From a virus (taxonomy: Duplodnaviria; Caudoviricetes): a DNA stretch of 27,750 bases. Below are positions 1-6,358 of this stretch, in pieces; position 1 is the first letter of the stretch, and every line of letters begins with the position of its first letter. The translations under genes and the position numbers were made by a program. The notes under the pieces were generated by a model. The model ran no database searches. It was given only the letters and a program-made list of their open reading frames with translations, and was not told the origin of the DNA. The stretch is taken from the IMG/VR virus record IMGVR_UViG_3300010362_000087, positions 1 to 27,750 of that record; one strand, written 5' to 3'.

Positions 1-26
1 CCCGTCCGCGAACGTCCGACATATCG

Positions 27-39
27 CAAATTGTTGATT
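27..39 (-). promoter_or_regulatory. IHF-consensus binding site (AATCAAcaatTTG on minus strand)
   Basis: The reverse complement of CAAATTGTTGATT matches WATCAANNNNTTR exactly. It lies in an AT-rich non-coding stretch at the window start. Confidence 0.4.
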
Positions 40-67
40 TTAAAGCACTTATCACTTTTCGAATCTT

Positions 68-316
68 CTACCCAGCAATTGTCCAAGTGAAGTAGACCCT
101 TACCATCTGGCGGCACTGCGGCGGTATGTCAGGGTCGTCCGACTCGCCGGGAGCCGGTTCAATGCGCGTAACCACTCCCGCCTTGGCCGGTCGTCCGTGC
201 CCTTGTTCCACCAGGATCTTATCTCCCACCTGTGTCATGATCAGGGTCGTTCCGTCCTCGGTGGTATCCCATAGCGATGTAATGAAGCACCCGTCATCCA
301 TGGCGTTCCCTTTCAA
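68..316 (-). CDS. hypothetical protein (82 aa or slightly shorter)
   Basis: ORF track. It overlaps the stop of 313..636 by 4 nt, as expected for coupled genes. The start could be the internal ATG (MDDG...). Confidence 0.6.
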   Translation of the reverse strand: MKGNAMDDGCFITSLWDTTEDGTTLIMTQVGDKILVEQGHGRPAKAGVVTRIEPAPGESDDPDIPPQCRQMVRVYFTWTIAG

Positions 317-636
317 CCACCCCGGGCTCCCTTATCTCGCCGGAACCCTTCCCGCATGATCTCCACCAGCGTCTCGGCGCTCTCCCTGGGCTGGCACAAC
401 CCCTGGACCGCCGCAGTCAACAGGACCCGTCCGCTCTCGGAATGCATGACGACGATGGTCGTCACGAAAACCAGGATGTCGATATCCGTTTGAAACAGTT
501 CAATGGCTTTCTGCTTTGCGACCTCGGCCTTCCGATCCGCGTAGGACGACTTCAGGCTGACGATGTAGGCTTCGGTCCAGTCGATGAGCTTCTCGCGGGC
601 CTCGGGCGAAAGCGGGCGGGAATAAAGTTCGTTCAT
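313..636 (-). CDS. hypothetical protein, 107 aa
   Basis: ATG start, protein-like helical composition, and co-oriented with and coupled to 68..316. Confidence 0.65.
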   Translation of the reverse strand: MNELYSRPLSPEAREKLIDWTEAYIVSLKSSYADRKAEVAKQKAIELFQTDIDILVFVTTIVVMHSESGRVLLTAAVQGLCQPRESAETLVEIMREGFRRDKGARGG

Positions 637-642
637 TAAATG

Positions 643-673
643 GAATCGGGCGTCCCCTGGGAACGCCCGATTC
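643..673. other. 11-bp perfect inverted repeat (GAATCGGGCGT / ACGCCCGATTC)
   Basis: Arms at 643-653 and 663-673, immediately upstream of the 313..636 start codon on the minus strand. There is no long U-tract. Confidence 0.7.
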
Positions 674-679
674 TTACGA

Positions 680-729
680 CTTGCCTTGCGTTGCTTTGCC
701 TAGCCACGTCTTGCGCAGCAGTGCCGCGC
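680..729. repeat. degenerate pentamer tandem array (CTTGC / GCAAG consensus), 10 units
   Basis: cttgc cttgc gttgc tttgc ctagc cacgt cttgc gcagc agtgc cgcgc. Nine of the 10 units end in GC. Confidence 0.6.
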
Positions 730-805
730 ATTCGATGGCCCTGACTGGCGACGTCCTGATCCAACGCGCGTTTGGATACGCACGTCATTGCCGCCATCGA
801 GTCTA

Positions 806-853
806 TCACAACAATGTCTCCAGGGGATCTTGAAATCGTCAGGAATTTTCAAA
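806..853 (-). repeat. fused copy of the two ends of ORF 2674..2910 (gene remnant or empty site)
   Basis: 810-831 matches 2681-2702 at 21/22 nt, and 831-853 matches 2889-2911 at 22/23 nt. Confidence 0.8.
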
Positions 854-862
854 ACCGGACTT

Positions 863-1000
863 CGTTCCCTCAACCCGTTCCCTTAACGCGAAGGTACGGT
901 GGTACGTGCTTATTGTAGCGTTTACAGCATTATAGGGCGAGCAGTCCCTTAACCCTGGCGGAGAGCCTGCCCTCAACCCGGTACCTTGAACCCCTAACGC
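863..1000. repeat. five copies of a CCCYYAAC(C/G)C motif (iteron/operator-like)
   Basis: cgttccctcaacc 863-875 and cgttcccttaacg 876-888 (tandem); gtcccttaacc 944-954; tgccctcaacccg 968-980; aacccctaacgc 989-1000. Confidence 0.6.
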
Positions 1001-1033
1001 TATGGTAGAAAAGCACTTACAAGAAAAAAGCTC

Positions 1034-1064
1034 TTGCAATTTCTGTCATCCGGCGGGATACTAT
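1034..1064 (+). promoter_or_regulatory. sigma70-type promoter
   Basis: TTGCAA 1034-1039, 17 bp, GATACT 1057-1062 (alternative TACTAT 1059-1064). An A-rich UP-like tract lies upstream and the ATG follows at 1072. Confidence 0.55.
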
Positions 1065-1071
1065 CGCTCAT

Positions 1072-1227
1072 ATGAAAATAAGTTGGGATAAAGCTTACAA
1101 ACTGCACCCATCACAACCACCATCACTTTACAACCCGAATGATTTCTGTCCAAACTGTGGAGGCTGGAACGACCCTGACGAACCTGGACCTGGGATCGGC
1201 TGCAAATTCTGCGGCTGGTTTGAGTAG
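1072..1227 (+). CDS. 51-aa zinc-ribbon microprotein (CPNCG...CKFCG), not in ORF track
   Basis: Manual translation: MKISWDKAYKLHPSQPPSLYNPNDFCPNCGGWNDPDEPGPGIGCKFCGWFE*. It has two CxxC pairs, and its stop is 1 nt before the next ATG (1229). Confidence 0.75.
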   Translation: MKISWDKAYKLHPSQPPSLYNPNDFCPNCGGWNDPDEPGPGIGCKFCGWFE

Positions 1228-1228
1228 C

Positions 1229-1582
1229 ATGCCGGAGAAGCCAAAGAAGAAGCCGACGAAAAAATCCTCGCATGCTTCCCAGGAGAGGGAGGAGCTTCAA
1301 AAAGTCCGCGACGCCGCCGAGAGATCCATGGACCTTCAGGACTTTCGGCTTAGGATGTCGAGGAAGCGGGACGTCAAGGTTCTCTATCGCGTCGAGGTCG
1401 CCGGGCATTTCACCATCGTCGATTCGCCCATTGATTTGTCCATGCTGGTCAACAGATTGGTTGGCGGATATGGCGAGCGCCCTGTGAAGGGCTTGATCAA
1501 GCCGGAGGACATCCACGTCACGTTGCATTCCGCCCCGCCCGATCCGGCTGACGACGAGCCGGTCTGGAAGAAGATTGGATAA
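1229..1582 (+). CDS. hypothetical protein, 117 aa, basic N-terminus (start moved from 1139 to ATG 1229)
   Basis: In frame with track ORF 1139..1582. ATG 1229 directly follows the Zn-ribbon stop, which removes the overlap. Confidence 0.65.
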   Translation: MPEKPKKKPTKKSSHASQEREELQKVRDAAERSMDLQDFRLRMSRKRDVKVLYRVEVAGHFTIVDSPIDLSMLVNRLVGGYGERPVKGLIKPEDIHVTLHSAPPDPADDEPVWKKIG

Positions 1583-1869
1583 CCTATCGCCGAAACACAC
1601 CGGGTTGCCGTTCGTGGTCTGGTTCCCGTGCCGCGCCGAGGGCGACGGGCTCCAGGTCGGGGCTCCAGGTCGGGGTGACTAGGTCGGCGCGGGAGGCCGG
1701 GATGATCCTGGTCGAGATCTCTCCCCCTGTGCGGTTGGTGGTGGAGGGCTCGATGGATCAGGAGGAGTTCACGTTGCTGAGGGCCTGGATCGAGCGCAAC
1801 CGGGAGGCGCTCGCGCTCCACTGGGAGGGCGAGATCGACACGCTCGACTTTGTCGAGCGGGTCCGGTGA
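1575..1869 (+). pseudogene. DUF4160-like (NLxPxxTGLPFVVW family) gene frameshifted by a 13-bp tandem duplication
   Basis: TTG 1575 reads MDNLSPKHTGLPFVVWF... CTCCAGGTCGGGG is duplicated at 1650-1662 and 1663-1675. Removing one copy joins it in frame to track ORF 1675..1869 (…LLRAWIERNREALALHWEGEI…). Confidence 0.75.
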
Positions 1870-1918
1870 ATCGTCAGGAAATTTGGGGCTGGTCTTTTGC
1901 CATTCCGGCCCTGCCTTG

Positions 1919-1959
1919 GGCCGCAGCCTGGACGTACTCGGCAGGCTGCGGCCTTTTTT
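1919..1959 (+). terminator. rho-independent terminator
   Basis: 12-bp stem GGCCGCAGCCTG (1919-1930) / CAGGCTGCGGCC (1942-1953) followed by T6, between convergent genes. Confidence 0.85.
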
Positions 1960-1966
1960 GTCCGGC

Positions 1967-2608
1967 TTAATTCTCCTGCGAGATCGAAGCCATCACGCGC
2001 CCGGCTAGCTCCGCCCGGGCCTTGAGGCGACTATACCGCACCGGCAGTTTCTCGCACATGGTCTTCAGCGACTTGCCGAGTTCCTCCAGGATATCCATCA
2101 GCGAATACTTCGCGGCGACCTCAGCGTCCGTCATGGTCTTGACGTGGCCGAACTTGCATTCGCCATACTCATCTCCGAACTCAGATCCCGGGCCGATTCC
2201 ATGCTCGGAGGCGCTATCGGTGTACCAGTAGTTCGGAGAGCCCTGCCACTGGCTCCAGACGCCCTCGCGGCGCAGTTCCAGCCACTCGCCCGCTTCGGTG
2301 AGATAGAGCCTCGTTCCGTGGCGGGTGCCGCGATTCTGATCCGAATGGCGTTCAGAGAAATCATCGAGAGCCAGCAGACCGCGAATTCGCTTCCCGTCCA
2401 CGCGATGGAAGGCTTCCCGTTCGAGCGAGTAGTTGGAGGACGTCAGATGAAAACTGGCGGTTTTGATGTAACCGTTGTGCTTTGCATAACCGGCGAATCG
2501 CTGGCGGATCGCAGCAATGGCGTCCGTTTCCTTCTGGTCTGTTTCAATGGTTGCTGTTTCGATCCGGGAAATCAGATCGGCGGAAGGCGTAGGAATCTCG
2601 ATTGTCAT
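1967..2608 (-). CDS. hypothetical protein, 213 aa
   Basis: ATG preceded by GAGG, long ORF, and it ends at the convergent terminator. Confidence 0.8.
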   Translation of the reverse strand: MTIEIPTPSADLISRIETATIETDQKETDAIAAIRQRFAGYAKHNGYIKTASFHLTSSNYSLEREAFHRVDGKRIRGLLALDDFSERHSDQNRGTRHGTRLYLTEAGEWLELRREGVWSQWQGSPNYWYTDSASEHGIGPGSEFGDEYGECKFGHVKTMTDAEVAAKYSLMDILEELGKSLKTMCEKLPVRYSRLKARAELAGRVMASISQEN

Positions 2609-2673
2609 TTCGAAACCTCGTAAGGTTAAATTCAGCCCGTGGGCTTTCCTTCATCTTAACATATGTTCAACTT

Positions 2674-2910
2674 TCAACCTAACAATGTTTCCAGGGGATC
2701 TTCGTCCTCGCGGATCTTTCCGGCGGCGAGGAGTTTCTGGTGGATTTCCTTGACGGTTGTCCAGTATTCATCGACGGTGAGGTCCTCGGCGTGCCCATGC
2801 CAGCGGCGGGCGTAGGAGTTGTCCTGAAGGAGCCGGGACGCCAGCCCGCAGTAAACCCCAAACCTGAGGAGCATCTCGTCGCGGTCTGTGAAGTCGTCAG
2901 GAATTTTCAA
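2674..2910 (-). CDS. hypothetical protein, 78 aa (MKIPDDF...DPLETLLG)
   Basis: TTG start preceded by a GGGAGGAGAG RBS, co-oriented with 1967..2608. Confidence 0.65.
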   Translation of the reverse strand: MKIPDDFTDRDEMLLRFGVYCGLASRLLQDNSYARRWHGHAEDLTVDEYWTTVKEIHQKLLAAGKIREDEDPLETLLG

Positions 2911-3043
2911 ATCGGATCTCTCCTCCCTTATTCAACCAGTTGTCCGGATCGGGACATCTTAAATTTCCCGGGGTTTGTGAGGAGCCTCACTGACTCACGT
3001 AACTACATTAATGTAGGATAAACCGTTCTCGCGAGGTAATCCG

Positions 3044-3232
3044 ATGGCAACCAGCAACGCGGACGCCCTTCTGGTCCCGGTTCCGCTCCCCCTGCTGCAA
3101 CGCATCTGCCAAGCCTTTCTTGAAATGATGAACCAGGGAGCACGTACCCGGGACCAACATCTAATGGAAGATCTGGACAAAGTCGTCGAACGCCACGAGT
3201 GGAAGTTCAACGCACTCCACCTGACTAAATAA
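3044..3232 (+). CDS. hypothetical protein, 62 aa
   Basis: ATG preceded by GAGGT, divergent from 2674..2910. Confidence 0.6.
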   Translation: MATSNADALLVPVPLPLLQRICQAFLEMMNQGARTRDQHLMEDLDKVVERHEWKFNALHLTK

Positions 3233-3248
3233 ATCAGGAGCTTCCTGA

Positions 3249-3707
3249 ATGAGGAAATTCAAGAAACCAAAGAAACCGAACTCGGCGTGTTTCGACATAC
3301 CTGTCCCGGAAGATGATCACTTGTGGGCGTGCCGTATTGACTCTGGACTTGATCCGCAGACGCTCGCTATCGATCTGGCGCTGTTCCACAAATGTGTCCT
3401 TATGGAAGATGGGTTGAGCCTTACTCGCGCCCGCGATGGCTGGTACGAAGTGCTAGGCAGCTTCAGATTGGTTGAAGAACGCGACAGGGCACGCTCCAAT
3501 TGGAAGCAGACTGTTGAACAGCGAGGCGAGGAAGTGTTTTTGGGGGAGCTAGAAAACCCCGACCGACATGCTACCTGGAAACCGTTCGCTCAGCCGTTGC
3601 CAAAAATGACGGCGGATTTAATCGTGCTGGCAATAAGTCTGGACACGGAGGTCCAGGAATTTATGCGCTCGATGCTCGCTGCCCGTCAAGAGAAATACCC
3701 GGTTTAA
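3249..3707 (+). CDS. hypothetical protein, 152 aa
   Basis: ATG preceded by AGGAG. The stop overlaps the convergent macrodomain gene stop. Confidence 0.75.
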   Translation: MRKFKKPKKPNSACFDIPVPEDDHLWACRIDSGLDPQTLAIDLALFHKCVLMEDGLSLTRARDGWYEVLGSFRLVEERDRARSNWKQTVEQRGEEVFLGELENPDRHATWKPFAQPLPKMTADLIVLAISLDTEVQEFMRSMLAARQEKYPV

Positions 3708-4189
3708 CTGTCTGAAGTTCCTTCCCAGATCGTGACGTTATCCGGCAACCCGGAGATCAGCGGCCAGACTTGGTCCTTGAGGAGTTGACCGTTGCCGATC
3801 CCGGGGAAGTTCAACCAGATCGTTTTCCCCTTCCAGATCCCGGTGGCTTTCCTTCGGAGGGTCTCGCAGGAGAACCGGATCAATTCCAACGAGGCCGGGG
3901 TGTTGAATCGCCATTTCACCTGGAAGATCCCGATGATCCCGGGTTTGGTCTGGGTGGGGGCGACGATGACGCCGTAGGGTTTGGGCTTGGGACCTTCCAG
4001 CAGAAGATGGTAGGAGACTAGGCGACCGAAGGTGAGATCGATGCCGGGGAATATTGATTTGGCCTGGAGGGCGGCTCCACGGCCCATGATGAGGGCTCCC
4101 TTTTTGTTGGTTCCGGCGTTGGCGGTGACCAGGAGGATATCCGGACACTCAAACCTGAAATCGAACATCTCTCCATTCTTCAACGTCAC
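3704..4189 (-). CDS. macrodomain protein, DarG/TARG1-like ADP-ribose-binding/hydrolase (161 aa, GTG start)
   Basis: Motifs GEMF, VTAN, MGRGAALQAK..FP, FQVK.RF...SLELI and FPGIGNGQL..DQV match the macro fold. GTG 4189 overlaps the upstream TGA (GTGA) and has an AAGGAGG RBS. Confidence 0.8.
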   Translation of the reverse strand: MTLKNGEMFDFRFECPDILLVTANAGTNKKGALIMGRGAALQAKSIFPGIDLTFGRLVSYHLLLEGPKPKPYGVIVAPTQTKPGIIGIFQVKWRFNTPASLELIRFSCETLRRKATGIWKGKTIWLNFPGIGNGQLLKDQVWPLISGLPDNVTIWEGTSDS

Positions 4190-4386
4190 GTTAGGGGTTT
4201 CCTCCTTCCCCAGGTGAGGTTCTCGACGGCCCGGATTTCGGGGCCTTTGAAGGTCCAGCACTCGCCGTTGGAGTCGAGGAAGCAGACGAACATGAGGTCG
4301 TAGTCCAGGCCGTAGTCGATGAGGAAGTAAGCCAGGGCCGGGCCCCGGGGCGTCATCAGCGGCAAGGGGGGATCAATCCTCAACAT
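4186..4386 (-). CDS. small phage hypothetical protein, 66 aa (PPLPLxTPxG...IDYG...GECWT)
   Basis: Coupled to both neighbours. The motif is recalled from uncharacterised phage proteins. Confidence 0.75.
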   Translation of the reverse strand: MLRIDPPLPLMTPRGPALAYFLIDYGLDYDLMFVCFLDSNGECWTFKGPEIRAVENLTWGRRKPLT

Positions 4387-4603
4387 CGTCGATGTCGTCC
4401 AGCGGCGAGGGTTTCCCCGTTTGGAGGGAGAACCACAGAAGCACCTGAGCGAGCCAGTCGTGAGTGGTGCGGACGCCTTTTTCGATTCCGGTTTCGCAGC
4501 GGACGATCACGGCCTCGACCAGGGCGAGTTCCTTGCGGGACTCGGCCAGTTGCTGCTGGAGATAGCTGACCTGGGAACGGAGATTGTCGAGTTCGCTGAT
4601 CAT
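4373..4603 (-). CDS. hypothetical coiled-coil protein, 76 aa (start at ATG 4603)
   Basis: ATGA overlap with the stop of 4600..5082. The N-terminus is heptad-like (ELDNLRSQVSYLQQQLAESRKEL). Confidence 0.7.
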   Translation of the reverse strand: MISELDNLRSQVSYLQQQLAESRKELALVEAVIVRCETGIEKGVRTTHDWLAQVLLWFSLQTGKPSPLDDIDDVED

Positions 4604-5082
4604 CGGATTGCGAGTGGGGGCTGGGGTCTTGCGGCTCTGGTCAGGGGGGCCGGGAGGGTTCCGTCCGGGTAGACGATGTGGAGTTCTTTGCGGAGGCCAC
4701 GGGCGCAACGGATCGTGGCCCAGGCGCCGCTGCGGCGTTCCTCGTGAAAGCCCGCAGGAGTCGCAAGGAGGACTTGGCTGGCTTCGACGATGTGACGGTC
4801 GCGGATTCGGTAACGGGCCTCGGGCATGACGACGTCACAGTCGCAGACGGCGCGGGTCTGGGAAGTTCCGTTCATGCCGACGCCGGGATGGCCGATGATC
4901 CTCAAGTGGAGGTTCCGGCATATGGAGTGGAAGTCGAGGTCGGAGCCGACGCACATGCCATGGTGAACCTCCAGGAGGTCGCGGGTTACCCTGGCGACGT
5001 ATGTTGCCAGGAGAGTTTCGATGGAGAGGATCTGGGCTCCCGACATGCCTTGCCGGGAGCCGGTGAATCCCAACGCGAACAT
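4600..5082 (-). CDS. SLOG-superfamily (YspA/DprA-like Rossmannoid) nucleotide-binding protein
   Basis: Motifs GFTGSR, VHHGMCVGSD, RDRHIV..S.VLLA and RSGAWATIRCAR. Confidence 0.75.
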   Translation of the reverse strand: MFALGFTGSRQGMSGAQILSIETLLATYVARVTRDLLEVHHGMCVGSDLDFHSICRNLHLRIIGHPGVGMNGTSQTRAVCDCDVVMPEARYRIRDRHIVEASQVLLATPAGFHEERRSGAWATIRCARGLRKELHIVYPDGTLPAPLTRAARPQPPLAIR

Positions 5083-5083
5083 C

Positions 5084-5695
5084 TCAGTCTAGTCCTTCGG
5101 GTTCTTCCACCTCGCTGTCGTCTTCGACCTCTTCGGGTTCTTCGGGTTCTTCGACTTCGATGTCGGCGACATTGGGATCGGGTTCGACCTCGACGTCGCT
5201 GGGGATGGTTTCGGTTTCGACCGGCTCGGTGGTTGACTCATCGAGGGAGAACGCCACGTCGTCCCGCCAGAGGATCTCGCGGGATTCCAGGACCTCGATT
5301 TCGTAGGGAAGGAAGTCGAGATTCTCGATGGTTTCGGGATTCCAGGGATGCTCCACGAGGGGGCTCCCGGGATTCTCCTCGACGAGCTTTACGCCCTGGA
5401 GGAGGGCGAGGGTCGTTGTCGTGTTGGGCATTGCAGTCTCCTTTGTTGGGCTGGTTGGGCTGGGGGTTGACACCAGATCGAAGAGACGCCGGAGCAGATC
5501 CGGGCCGAGGGTTCTGTGGCCATGCTCTACGTCCGACAGGAAAGACGAGGAGACCTTCAGCTTCTCGGCCAGATCCTTCTGGGAAAGGTCATGATCCCCC
5601 CGATACCGGCGGATCATGCCTCCCAGGTTCGCCCGGGCCTCCGATCCCGAACTGATCAAGGAAAGTGTCTCTTTCAGGACACCATCTATCTCCAT
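5084..5695 (-). CDS. XRE/Cro-CI family HTH regulator with long acidic C-terminal tail
   Basis: LGGMIRRYRGDHDLSQKDLAEKLKVSSSFLSDVEHGHR is a classic HTH_3 signature. The C-terminus is E/D/P rich. Confidence 0.85.
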   Translation of the reverse strand: MEIDGVLKETLSLISSGSEARANLGGMIRRYRGDHDLSQKDLAEKLKVSSSFLSDVEHGHRTLGPDLLRRLFDLVSTPSPTSPTKETAMPNTTTTLALLQGVKLVEENPGSPLVEHPWNPETIENLDFLPYEIEVLESREILWRDDVAFSLDESTTEPVETETIPSDVEVEPDPNVADIEVEEPEEPEEVEDDSEVEEPEGLD

Positions 5696-5707
5696 GATTC
5701 ACCGATC

Positions 5708-5736
5708 AGCTTACTTGCTAAGTAAGTCGAAATCAA
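5708..5736 (-). promoter_or_regulatory. sigma70-type promoter of the XRE operon with a palindromic operator
   Basis: Minus strand TTGATT (5736-5731), 17 bp, TAAGCT (5713-5708). The inverted repeat CTTACTT-gct-AAGTAAG (5710-5726) overlaps the -10 and spacer. Confidence 0.6.
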
Positions 5737-5767
5737 GTTTATTTTTGACAATCCCTTGACTTTCCAG

Positions 5768-5796
5768 TTGTCCAGTGATTCTTCACGGGTTACACT
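5768..5796 (+). promoter_or_regulatory. sigma70-type promoter for the late (plus-strand) operon
   Basis: TTGTCC 5768-5773, 17 bp, TACACT 5791-5796. Confidence 0.5.
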
Positions 5797-5953
5797 ATCC
5801 TACGGGACGGGTCTTTATTCACGGGGACTTATTTCCTGGCGTCCTCAGCCGTCTGAAGTTTGCTGAGGCTACTGTTTAGCATCACCATCGTCAACCCCCC
5901 GTCTCTAAACATGAAGCTGGTTGCTTCTTGTCATCTAATCTACCTAATCAATC

Positions 5954-6358
5954 ATGGTAATTCACTCATCTAAGATCGTCCGTTACCTCAGCCCGGATCA
6001 ATCTGTCGAGTTACGTGACTCTTCCGGGAACTTAGCGAACGATGCTCTACCTTATCAGGAAGCCTGGAGGATGGCTCTGGCAGGAATCGTTGAAGGGAGA
6101 GTAGTCGGAACGAGATTAAAATACATCAGATTACTATCCGACGAGGAAATACTCTGCCGCAAGAAACTTGAATCCTCCTCCTCAATTACCTCAGTTGACA
6201 AAGGAACCTCCACCGCCTTCGCTCACACCCGAATGGGATGTTACCAACAACCTCTCCGGGAAGTTCACGTCGCCTCAGATATCTTCGGCGACCGCTATGT
6301 CCAATCCGAAGGCGACTTCGCCTTCAAATGCTGGACACACTTCTCAACCTCCCTCTAA
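5954..6358 (+). CDS. hypothetical protein, 134 aa
   Basis: The TAA stop directly abuts the HNH ATG. First gene of the plus-strand operon. Confidence 0.75.
   Translation: MVIHSSKIVRYLSPDQSVELRDSSGNLANDALPYQEAWRMALAGIVEGRVVGTRLKYIRLLSDEEILCRKKLESSSSITSVDKGTSTAFAHTRMGCYQQPLREVHVASDIFGDRYVQSEGDFAFKCWTHFSTSL

Noticed and set aside
1139-1228. N-terminal extension of ORF 1139..1582
   Set aside because: Better explained by the overlapping Zn-ribbon ORF 1072..1227 and a start at 1229.
4678-5655. 325-aa plus-strand ORF
   Set aside because: It is the antisense shadow of the SLOG and XRE genes, with Arg-rich low-complexity translation.
5803-5905. tRNA gene
   Set aside because: No T-loop (GTTCRA) or cloverleaf. 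Kept only as a structured-leader candidate.
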